DNA of 62,257 nt, filler included. It is 6 parts of 6 records of this genome, joined end to end, with 100 filler letters (N's around TTAATTAATTAA, not from the genome) between each part and the next. Parts side by side here need not be neighbours in the genome. Positions count along the whole stretch, not along the records: positions 43,422 to 48,897 come from SRR31147125_569; positions 48,998 to 62,257 come from SRR31147125_578; 4 more parts are not named here. One strand, written 5' to 3'. The number at the start of each line of letters is the position of its first letter. The first letter of the stretch is position 1. Position numbers and translations under genes: made by a program. Of this stretch, positions 43,423 to 51,803 are shown piece by piece. The notes below the pieces were generated by a model. That model had not been told where the DNA came from. It saw nothing but the letters and a program-made list of their open reading frames with translations, and did no database searches.

Positions 43423-43569
43423 GAAGAACGAAGACCAGAGATGCCAGACAACACCAAATGCCTAAGCTGCATGGTTTGTAAGTTTGTCTGCCCAGTTAGC
43501 GGATTAATTTCATACAAAGAGATGCCACCAACATATAAAAGATATGAAATCCCTGTAATTGAAGAGTAA
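43423..43569 (+). CDS. preA: 3' end of a dihydropyrimidine dehydrogenase PreA-like gene (second 4Fe-4S motif)
   Basis: EERRPEMPDNTKCLSCMVCKFVCPVSGLISYKEM...IEE*. Confidence 0.65.
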   Translation, partial: EERRPEMPDNTKCLSCMVCKFVCPVSGLISYKEMPPTYKRYEIPVIEE

Positions 43570-43637
43570 CTCTGTATTTAGGTGATCCTAAATAAACGAA
43601 GCGCCTCATCTTTAGTTATTATTAAATTTGCTATATA

Positions 43638-43730
43638 TTAGATTTCAATATCACCAATCATATAGAGAGCAGCTTCACCAGTTAAGAAGATTTGGTCTTC
43701 CTTTATTTCACATTTAAGCACGCTACCGCA
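43638..43730 (-). pseudogene. Orphan 3' remnant of a PhzF-family isomerase gene
   Basis: CGSVLKCEIKEDQIFLTGEAALYMIGDIEI* resembles the PhzF C-terminus; no 5' part, cut at the adjacent palindrome. Confidence 0.55.
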
Positions 43731-43764
43731 TTTAAAAAGGGGTCAAGTCTTGACCCTTTTTAAA
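43731..43764. terminator. Near-perfect palindrome (terminator of the acyltransferase operon or REP-like)
   Basis: TTTAAAAAGGGGTCAAG-T-CTTGACCCTTTTTAAA. Confidence 0.65.
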
Positions 43765-43787
43765 GAGAGTTTGGTTTAAAGATCTAA

Positions 43788-44834
43788 TTAATTAACAAGC
43801 CAAGCGGTCTTTCTATGGCTTATTAGAACTAGTGTAAGAACAAGCGAACAGGTTATAACAATAGCAGGAAAAAGAATAGCTGCAACAACAGGCGAAAGCA
43901 GACTCATCACATCCCGAAACAGATAGACAAAAATAAATTGTGAAACATATATTCCAAGCACTGTCTTACTCAGTGAAACCCATTTCCATGTCGAACCTAA
44001 ATGCTTATATTTCATAGACAACAAAAAAACACCCAAACCAAGAGGAATACTCCCAATCGAATAATCTTGTTTAAATGAAGCACCGTAAACTTGCCACAAG
44101 ATCCCAACCTCTATAAGGCGGAAAACTACACCTCCAAATAACAAAAGAAGAACACTTATAGTGGGCACTTGCGGCTTTTTCTGCGCATAAATATAACCAA
44201 TAACAACAAATAGAAGACTAAAAAAAGGACCGTTACGAGTATTAAAAGAAAAATCAATCCCTATAGGAGTCATAGCATAAGCCTTAGCTAACAATCCAAA
44301 AGTAAATAGAATTATCGATATTGGCATCATCCATTTTCGAGCTTTTACTTGAATCAGCGCTGTAATAATTACAAATGCCATAGCTAAGGACATCAAATAC
44401 CAAAGAGAACCCCTCATGCCTTGACACAGCGTTGTCACCGGTTCGCTCAGAATCAAATTATATTTCGTTGTAAGATGTTCAACAAATAACGGAAAAAGCC
44501 TTCCCCATGAAAGATCTAACAAGTTTTCTCCTAAGCCCTCAGCAGGTATCATGGTATATATGAAAGACCATGATACAAAAATCACAATCAACCTTTTACA
44601 ACGCAATCTGCACAAACTAACAATATCATTGGTTTTTTGCGATGAAATATAGAAAAAATAACCTGAAACTATGAAAAAAAATGGTATTGCAAAACGTGCA
44701 ACATTATCTATCACAAAAAACAACCAAAACAGCTGTCGGTCGTTAGCAAAAGGCTTTGTATGCAATAGAACTATGGCAATTATTGAAAATATACGAAAGC
44801 ACTCAACACCTGAAAGAAAACGTTTTTTTCTCAT
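43788..44834 (-). CDS. Acyltransferase family 3 membrane protein
   Basis: E.FRIFSII.IVLLH, RFAIPFFFIVSGYF, LWYL, GIYVSQ; about 10 TMs. Confidence 0.88.
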   Translation of the reverse strand: MRKKRFLSGVECFRIFSIIAIVLLHTKPFANDRQLFWLFFVIDNVARFAIPFFFIVSGYFFYISSQKTNDIVSLCRLRCKRLIVIFVSWSFIYTMIPAEGLGENLLDLSWGRLFPLFVEHLTTKYNLILSEPVTTLCQGMRGSLWYLMSLAMAFVIITALIQVKARKWMMPISIILFTFGLLAKAYAMTPIGIDFSFNTRNGPFFSLLFVVIGYIYAQKKPQVPTISVLLLLFGGVVFRLIEVGILWQVYGASFKQDYSIGSIPLGLGVFLLSMKYKHLGSTWKWVSLSKTVLGIYVSQFIFVYLFRDVMSLLSPVVAAILFPAIVITCSLVLTLVLISHRKTAWLVN

Positions 44835-44835
44835 T

Positions 44836-45695
44836 TCATCCCCCATCTGTATCTAAAATCGGCTTTTTCACCACTACTCGTGAGATTTGAATACCGCTAA
44901 ACACAATTAAACCCGATCCAACAAAAGATAACATACTTTGACTATCTCCAAAAAATATTATTCCTAGCAAATACGCCCCAATTACTGAAAGATATGTATA
45001 TGGAGCAACAATACCAACATTAGCAAGAGTATAAGCGCGCACCATGCAAAGCTGCCCCCCTGTCAAGGCAACACCCATAATAAATAGAAGGATTGCATCA
45101 CTCAAAGTTGGAAGCACAAAAGATGAAATACACATAGGCAAGCTAACTATAGTCATAAACAAAGTATAGAAAAGAGCAATACTGTAAACTGAATCATTAA
45201 CTTTTAGCCTTCGGATGAGGACCATCGATGCAGCTCCAGTAATAGCTGAGAAAAGTGCAGCTAAAGCTGGAATTTGAACTATTGAAAGATTTGGCTTGAG
45301 AATCATTGTCACACCTATCAATCCGACGGTGAGAAAACAGCCTTGATGTATAGAACACGGTTCTCTAAGAAATATAAATGCTAACAATATAGCAAAAAAC
45401 GGCATCGTATTACTAAGCATGGCCGCATTTCCAAGCTCCATATGAGTCATCGAATAAAACATCAACGACATAGAAATAAAACTCAACAAAGCTCTTATTG
45501 TAAGAGCAATAGGAGAATGTACACGTAATGCCCTTTTTTTAACAACACATAAGACAATCAGAATAATCGAAGACAGTATAGCTCTAATAAAGATCATTTC
45601 GAACAAGGGTATGCGATCACCTAGTATTTTAATTAAACACCAAGCGATTACAAAAAAACCTGAGAAAATATTATATAAAGAATAGCTCTATTCAT
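44836..45695 (-). CDS. DMT/EamA-family transporter (frameshift at a T7 run near 45655)
   Basis: ATG 45695 MNRAILYII..; adding one T joins to FEMIFIRA; LAFIFLRE, MILKP, VAPYTYL. Confidence 0.85.
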
Positions 45696-45722
45696 AGTAT
45701 TATATAATGCATATCAAGAACA

Positions 45723-46769
45723 CTACGCCCTTGATATTCTATTGAGAACTAATTTACCACAATATGTTTCAGGCATTCTACAACCGAGTCTACATATAGA
45801 TGGTGGATTTATAGAACAGTCATGCCTTTTATGATATAATTCCCTACCGGACATTTTTACGTGGCCAAGCGATGGTCCTTTCATAGACGCTATGATCGGA
45901 CATGGATATATAATTCCTTCAGAACCTACCAACACATACCCATTGACATGTTGACATACATCTTTACCCTCAACCGCTAAATTATATATTTTTTTTGTAG
46001 TTGACTCAAAAGGTAAAATTAAATGACCTTTATTCTCTACATTAGAGCTTAGCAAGTTACGATAATACTGACTAAATTTTGATTCTTTATTTTCTATTTT
46101 AGTCCAAGCATCAGCCCATTTATCTTGCATCTCATCATCTAAATTAGCTTTATGATAGGGGTCATCAGGACAGGTATCATCAGCATAAGGAGTTAATCTT
46201 ATAGCAATTTTTTTCGAGTACAGGCTAATTTCTTCAACTCTTATCTTCTCATCAATTAAATTCCAGAATGTCTCAATAAACTCAGGAATCTGCAAACAAT
46301 TCTCTCTTGATACAAGGGGAGAAATTGTAATATCATCTATTCCGCTCTTAATATATTTAAGAATATTATTAACAACAAGATTATAGCAATTTTTTCTACC
46401 AACATATTTTCTATAATCATTTTCATTAAAACCATACATCGATATTTTTATACTATCTACCAAGCGAGTCCAATCTCCTGGAGGCACGAATACGCCGTTT
46501 GTTACAACTCTTATTGAAGTATTAGGAAGCAACTCTTTAAGCTTATAAATAAAATCAGAAAAATGCATGCCCTTACTATTATAAAGCGTAGGCTCGCCAC
46601 CACCAGCAATAATAATCTGTTCGGGGTCGAGAGAGGCTATTTGATGCAAATCATCAAAGCAAAACACATCATTTGCTTTGGCATTGGAATATGTACACCC
46701 TTTACATTTCAAATTACATTTGCCGACTGGATGAAACTCAACAAATGGAACCGATTTTTTTCTCTTCAC
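45723..46769 (-). CDS. Radical SAM protein with a twitch/SPASM-like C-terminus
   Basis: CNLKCKGC, GGGEP, VTNG; C-terminal CQH..G.IYPC..C..C..C. Confidence 0.88.
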   Translation of the reverse strand: MKRKKSVPFVEFHPVGKCNLKCKGCTYSNAKANDVFCFDDLHQIASLDPEQIIIAGGGEPTLYNSKGMHFSDFIYKLKELLPNTSIRVVTNGVFVPPGDWTRLVDSIKISMYGFNENDYRKYVGRKNCYNLVVNNILKYIKSGIDDITISPLVSRENCLQIPEFIETFWNLIDEKIRVEEISLYSKKIAIRLTPYADDTCPDDPYHKANLDDEMQDKWADAWTKIENKESKFSQYYRNLLSSNVENKGHLILPFESTTKKIYNLAVEGKDVCQHVNGYVLVGSEGIIYPCPIIASMKGPSLGHVKMSGRELYHKRHDCSINPPSICRLGCRMPETYCGKLVLNRISRA

Positions 46770-47940
46770 AAATGTCCTCCAATAAAAGAAGTAGCTTTTT
46801 AGCTGAAGAAGACCAGGTAAAGTATTTTTTTACATATTCAGATGCACGAAAGCCTTTTTCGTTATCACAATCACTTGTTATCTCTCTTACTATTGCCCCC
46901 GAAAGAGCTTCAGGATTATTCACTGGAACCACAGATAAGAAATCTTTATTTAAAACGTCCAATATCCCAGCATCGTTTGTAGTCACAACAGTCGTAGCAC
47001 AGGCCAAAGACTCAAGGGCTACTAAACCAAACGGCTCACCGCGTGATGGCATCACAGAAACATTCGCCCCAGAAAACAACTCAGCTACTTCTTCTGCTGA
47101 TCGATGCCCTAAAAACAAGACTCCTTTCAATTTTAAATCCTTAGCTAATTGCTGAAGCTCATCTCGCAAAACCCCATCCCCAGCAATTAAGGTGACCACA
47201 TTTGAGAGCTGTTTCTCATATTTTGCCGCTGCTTGAAGAAGAATATCTATACCTTTAAAACGAGCAAATTTACCTACAAATGTTATAATATTATCAACCG
47301 GCAACGTAATTTTGTATCGCTCAACAATATCTTGCAAACTGACACTTCGTGGGAAGAAAAGATTTTCATCATAACCGTTCGGAATCGTAACAACATCTAA
47401 GTCAGATCCTAAAATGGTTTTGATTCGCTCAGCAATGGAAGATGACACCGCAACAAGCTTTTCTGCAGAGGAAACCCCCTTAATCACATATTTTTGACAG
47501 CGCTCATGTTCTTCAAATTCCATCAAATCTGTTCCATGTACAGCGATAATATAAGGAACAGACCTATCTGCAAGAAGCGAAGCATAGATTGAGGCATGTT
47601 GACAAAAAACAACATCCGGTTGAAACGAATCAAGTTCTTTATCTAACGAACTAGCTAGGAGATCAATATACTGACGTAACTGTTCCTCAGAAAGATCTTT
47701 GAATGTCTGGTTACTCTTAGGGTGTGTTGTAAAGTAGGGTACTTCAAAATCCAAACAATTCTCATCACACCCCATAGGAATTCTTTTTAAAGAATAAGAC
47801 ATCTTATCTGAAACTTTCCCTGATGCAGAAAGAACTAATACATCATGACCATGCTCAACAAATTCCCTAGCCATATTTTCAGCGTAAACACCTGAACCAC
47901 TACCTTCCAGATAAAATTGGCTAACTATCAAAATTTTCAT
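46738..47940 (-). CDS. Glycosyltransferase family 4 (GT-B)
   Basis: GSGSG, VHGTD, IPNGYD, FVGK..KGID, EPFGLVALESLAC. Confidence 0.92.
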   Translation of the reverse strand: MKILIVSQFYLEGSGSGVYAENMAREFVEHGHDVLVLSASGKVSDKMSYSLKRIPMGCDENCLDFEVPYFTTHPKSNQTFKDLSEEQLRQYIDLLASSLDKELDSFQPDVVFCQHASIYASLLADRSVPYIIAVHGTDLMEFEEHERCQKYVIKGVSSAEKLVAVSSSIAERIKTILGSDLDVVTIPNGYDENLFFPRSVSLQDIVERYKITLPVDNIITFVGKFARFKGIDILLQAAAKYEKQLSNVVTLIAGDGVLRDELQQLAKDLKLKGVLFLGHRSAEEVAELFSGANVSVMPSRGEPFGLVALESLACATTVVTTNDAGILDVLNKDFLSVVPVNNPEALSGAIVREITSDCDNEKGFRASEYVKKYFTWSSSAKKLLLLLEDICEEKKIGSIC

Positions 47941-47943
47941 AAA

Positions 47944-48535
47944 TCACTCCTCAAAATCAAGTACAAACCCTCTCTTCAGTATTCGGCACACAGAAGAAAA
48001 ACAGGTATCTGCAAGTCTTATAAATTCAGCCGCGGATTCGACAAATTCCTCACCTTTCCGCATTAAAAGCCTCTTAGTATTAGCTTTAGAACACCCTATT
48101 AGATGAGTAAAACAAGAAGCCTTATTATCTTCGGCTCTCGTCAATAGTCATCGACCAATTCTTTGTTTACAATGGCTTGTCTGGAGGAATTCCACACATC
48201 TAAGAATTAAGAATATGGTTGCGCTTAATAGTATTTTTACCTGACATTAGGACTATACCAAACAAATTTTACTCTGTCTAAGATATTCCTCGCCTGATTC
48301 TATAAATTCTCTACCTTTGACCTTTAAAGCTAAAACCTTATCAGAAGACGATGCAATAGCAACCCACCAACGATTACCAGAATATCGACTCTTGCTATTT
48401 TTCTCTCAAAGGCATCTCTTCAGATTTCTTGATCAGAAATTGACCAAACTTCTTTTCACGTTCTCCGATAGCTTTCAATCTTTTACATCCTGCGCTAGCC
48501 ACGCCGTCTCCAGCACCTTTAATCCCATCAGCCAT
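47944..48535 (-). pseudogene. Fragmented ORF(s) of unknown function at the head of the operon
   Basis: AAGGAGAGG RBS and ATG 48535 give a 46-aa ORF; later fragments KGREFIESGEEYLRQSKICL and KGEEFVESAAEFIRLADTCF resemble each other. Confidence 0.4.
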
Positions 48536-48828
48536 AAAACCCTCTCCTTTTTAAATATTATTTATAATATTTTATCTGCTCCGAGATGTCTTTTGTTGCT
48601 TAATAAATAAACATGGAGCCAAAAAAGCGTTTACACAGAACGAACACAACATCTTTTCACTTTGTTATAATTATTATTTCAGCTCAATCCGAAAGCTCAA
48701 CAGGTTGATAATAATAGTAGCCTCGGCAAACGACCAACATTATACACTACTGCGTAATAGCTATCGGACATGAGATCTCGACCATTTCTTTCCTCATAGC
48801 AGGTTCAGTTTCTTTAAGCTTTTTTAGA

Positions 48829-48897
48829 AAGTCGATCTGCATCGGCTGTGGACAATGCTATGTTGTCTGTCAAGATGCTGGTGGCCAAGCTATACAA
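48829..48897 (+). pseudogene. preA: Headless internal fragment of a PreA-like gene (first 4Fe-4S motif)
   Basis: KSICIGCGQCYVVCQDAGGQAIQ; the upstream frame has no ATG before an in-frame TGA and is not PreA-like. Confidence 0.65.
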
Positions 48898-48997
48898 NNN
48901 NNNNNNNNNNNNNNNNNNNNNNNNNNNNNNNNNNNNNNNNNTTAATTAATTAANNNNNNNNNNNNNNNNNNNNNNNNNNNNNNNNNNNNNNNNNNNN
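48898..48997. other. Artificial contig spacer
   Basis: N44-TTAATTAATTAA-N44. Confidence 0.98.
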
Positions 48998-49142
48998 TGG
49001 ATTCCCGATAAGAGACCTCGGGAATGATATGTTTCTTTTGGGGCGGTGTTTTACTTTTGTTAATGTGCGAGTTGTGCCAAAGGAATGTCAACATTTTTAA
49101 ACAAAAAAAATGTCATTCCCAATGCTCCTATCGGGAATCCAG
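48998..49142. repeat. Inverted pair of REP-like palindromes (GTCATTCCC..GGGAATCC type)
   Basis: TGGATTCCCGATAAGAGACCTCGGGAATGA and GTCATTCCCAATGCTCCTATCGGGAATCCA are near reverse complements, each self-palindromic. Confidence 0.75.
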
Positions 49143-49390
49143 GAGGGGCAGGGACGTGATTATCTCTTATTATTATAGTGGCATTGTGATAAACGTTCAG
49201 GCGCTTAATTTTATAAAATTCTTTCTTATATTGAATCTTTTTATATATTAACATCATTTAAAAAATGTCATCAGGATTGGTGTAAACACACATCTGAATA
49301 AATTGCTAAATTGGCACACAGCCACACTGGTGAGGGAGATAGGGTAAAAATGTTGTATTTGTTACAATTCCATGTTTTTTATTCACCTTT

Positions 49391-49405
49391 TGGGATGATT
49401 ATTGC
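49391..49405 (+). promoter_or_regulatory. Possible sigma-54 promoter
   Basis: TGGGATGATTATTGC, GG-N10-GC spacing. Confidence 0.45.
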
Positions 49406-49604
49406 AGTTTATTCAAAGATGATGTGTGCTGAAGAAAGGGGAGAGATCAGTTAAGTATCCTGAGCATTTACTGTGGTGAAATGCCATAAAAACAAATATT
49501 AATATTTGTTTGAAATCATTGTTTTGCTATATTGATTTTTCTGAAAAATGCAAAAATGAAATCCGGATTCGAGCGTCTCAGAAATCTGAAAAGGAGATTT
49601 AAAA

Positions 49605-50624
49605 ATGAAGATAATGCCTGTTTTGTCTAAAACTGTTCTGTTGACTTTATTGGTTCATGGTGCCGTGTTCGCACAGACAGACAGAGTGAAAAAGTTCAAT
49701 GCGGCAGGATCGGGAGCCTTTGCTGCCGCTGGTAGTGAAAAAATGGCCATATTGCCTTTTCAGTCCATTGGTGTTGATGAAGTGTCCACTCAAAGTGCTG
49801 AACTGTTGTTGAGAATGGAACTTGGCAAATTAAGCCGGACAGGGATCGCCTCAGAGGAGAGAACAATTCAGGCACTTGGTGATGAATTGTGTACGGATGT
49901 AACGTGCGCGGGTATCGTCGGGGAAAGATTAGGCGTTAATCAGGTGGTGCTCTGCAGTTTGAGCCGGTTAGGGGATAAAGTGATTATTCAGTATATGCTT
50001 GTGGATGCTGTCGCTCGCAAGGCCTTGTTAACAGATAATACCACTTCTCTGACCGTAGAAGACCTGGACACGGTGATGAAACGCATTGCAAAAAGTATCG
50101 TGACTCGCAGACCCCTGGAAACAACAGCTGAGGTTGGTGCTATTACGGAAAAGGAATCAGAAGAGCCCCGTCGTCGCAGTGCGCGCCGGTTCGGTGGTTT
50201 TTCATTTGGCTATCTGTATCCGCAGAACGGTTATGATGATACTGAAAAATCCTTTACCGCTGATTTTCGCACCGGATACGAAATGGAAAATGTGGCTGTT
50301 GGCAGTGATATTGCCTTGCGCAAGGGATTTGCCTTTAATATCTATGCATCCTATCTCTTGTCCAAAACAGACTTTTGTCCCTATGTGGGCGGTGCGTTTG
50401 GCTTTCACTGGGTTTCCCATGATGATGATCACGTTTATTATACGGACGAAGGCAGGATCATTGAAGAAGAAAAAGACGGCGATGGTTTCGAATTTATTCT
50501 CAATACCGGTTTAAGAGCCTTTCGTACCTATAATTTCCAGATCCTGTTGAATTTTGAATACAGCTATACGTTGAACGATTTTGATGATCAGGCCTTTGTT
50601 TTTACCATTGGCTTGATGCGGTGA
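49605..50624 (+). CDS. Envelope protein: CsgG/TolB-N-like alpha/beta domain plus a C-terminal beta-barrel
   Basis: Signal peptide AVFA; MAILPFQSIGVD, C.DV.CA..VG..LGV..VV..SLSRLG; beta strands PYVGGAFGFH, FVFTIGL. Confidence 0.65.
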   Translation: MKIMPVLSKTVLLTLLVHGAVFAQTDRVKKFNAAGSGAFAAAGSEKMAILPFQSIGVDEVSTQSAELLLRMELGKLSRTGIASEERTIQALGDELCTDVTCAGIVGERLGVNQVVLCSLSRLGDKVIIQYMLVDAVARKALLTDNTTSLTVEDLDTVMKRIAKSIVTRRPLETTAEVGAITEKESEEPRRRSARRFGGFSFGYLYPQNGYDDTEKSFTADFRTGYEMENVAVGSDIALRKGFAFNIYASYLLSKTDFCPYVGGAFGFHWVSHDDDHVYYTDEGRIIEEEKDGDGFEFILNTGLRAFRTYNFQILLNFEYSYTLNDFDDQAFVFTIGLMR

Positions 50625-50680
50625 TTGTTTGAAACAGGATCCTCTTTATTTATCAGATTATTCTGTTACGTTTGTTTGTG

Positions 50681-50716
50681 TACGAAGTAATTTCGTATAT
50701 CTGAAAATACTTCGTA
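50681..50716. promoter_or_regulatory. Tandem palindromic upstream activator sites (candidate enhancer-binding-protein sites)
   Basis: TACGAA-N5-TTCGTA then TCTGAA-N5-TTCGTA, 19 bp apart, about 120-150 bp upstream of a -24/-12 motif. Confidence 0.55.
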
Positions 50717-50833
50717 CTTTCAGAAATCTGTAAACATGTCAGATAATTGATATTTTTCAGGTTTATGAATTTATATTTTCGGTAAAAACAAGGGGATTTG
50801 TGCTTGGAATTTGTGGTCAAACATAAATTGTCC

Positions 50834-50848
50834 TGGCATGGGGATTGC
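50834..50848 (+). promoter_or_regulatory. Sigma-54 (-24/-12) promoter
   Basis: TGGCATGGGGATTGC, one mismatch to TGGCACGNNNNTTGC. Confidence 0.7.
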
Positions 50849-50917
50849 TTATCTATTTTATGTTTCTATACCCCCACTCTTTGATAAATTAATTTGTATA
50901 AAGAGATCTTTTCTGCC

Positions 50918-51598
50918 ATGTTGTATAGTCATATTAAAAAAATATGTTATACCAGTGCCGTAATGTTGCTTTTGGCTTTTTTGTCGACCCATTGCAGTAG
51001 AGAAAAGTCGACGATAGCCGGGCCAGAGAATACGGCCTTAACAGATACCATGTTTGTTAAAAAGCCCAATATCTATATTTATCCCACGAATGAAAAACAA
51101 CTAACAGTATCCCTGAGCTTTCCACAAGGCGGTTACATTACACAATCAGAGCCTTTTTACAATAATGGCTGGACGATCACTGCTGAACCGTCCGGGTTGA
51201 TTAACGAGACATATCGATTTTTGTTTTATGAATGCAAGGTACCGCATTCTTTTCAAACAAATCAGGGTTGGATCGTAGCGCGAGAGGATCTTGACAAATT
51301 TTTCAGGAATAATTTGTTACAGTATGGATTCCTGGATAATGAGATTACCGATTTTTTGGAATACTGGATCCCGAATCTGCAAGCTTATCCCTGTTATAAC
51401 ATATATCCACAAGATCAGGAAAAAATCAATCAATCGATTTTACTGCATTTTTCTGATGAGCCTGAGAGTGTGCAGCGTGTTTATTATCTGTTCGAGGGAC
51501 AATCTGAACCAACCCGTCAATTGGAAACACCGGATATACCTGTATTTGTGCGGAAAGGATTTACTGTTGTAGAGTGGGGAGGGATGGTTAAGGAGTGA
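50918..51598 (+). CDS. Lipoprotein of the uncharacterised KPxIYxYP family
   Basis: Lipobox-like STHC; KKPNIYIYP, SEP.YNNGW...AEPSG, FLFYE, EI.DFLEYW.P.L, R.GFTVVEWGG. Confidence 0.75.
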   Translation: MLYSHIKKICYTSAVMLLLAFLSTHCSREKSTIAGPENTALTDTMFVKKPNIYIYPTNEKQLTVSLSFPQGGYITQSEPFYNNGWTITAEPSGLINETYRFLFYECKVPHSFQTNQGWIVAREDLDKFFRNNLLQYGFLDNEITDFLEYWIPNLQAYPCYNIYPQDQEKINQSILLHFSDEPESVQRVYYLFEGQSEPTRQLETPDIPVFVRKGFTVVEWGGMVKE

Positions 51599-51716
51599 TA
51601 TTTTGATTTTGAGATAATTAATATACTTTATTATATCATTAATAAAGATTGCAAGTAGTATTATAACTGACGATTTTTGCAGTTATAAAGCAAAGTACAG
51701 CTTTTCATGCCAGTTT

Positions 51717-51740
51717 CGTCCCAAATTATAATTTGGGACG
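51717..51740. repeat. Perfect 24-bp palindrome, REP-like
   Basis: CGTCCCAAATTATAATTTGGGACG. Confidence 0.7.
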
Positions 51741-51803
51741 CAGATTGAATTTTTTGTAAGGAATTACGAATAAAATCTTTGTTTTGAATGGAGGGCAAGT
51801 TCC

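Noticed and set aside
48395-48535. RiPP precursor peptide for the radical SAM enzyme
   Set aside because: No recognisable leader or core motif, no RRE, peptidase or peptide exporter, and coding-like sequence continues past the stop, which fits a broken gene better.
24700-48997. Five identical TTAATTAATTAA motifs within N runs as a biological repeat
   Set aside because: They are fixed 100-nt concatenation spacers with six-frame stops. Genes on either side are not neighbours, so no cross-contig system was inferred.
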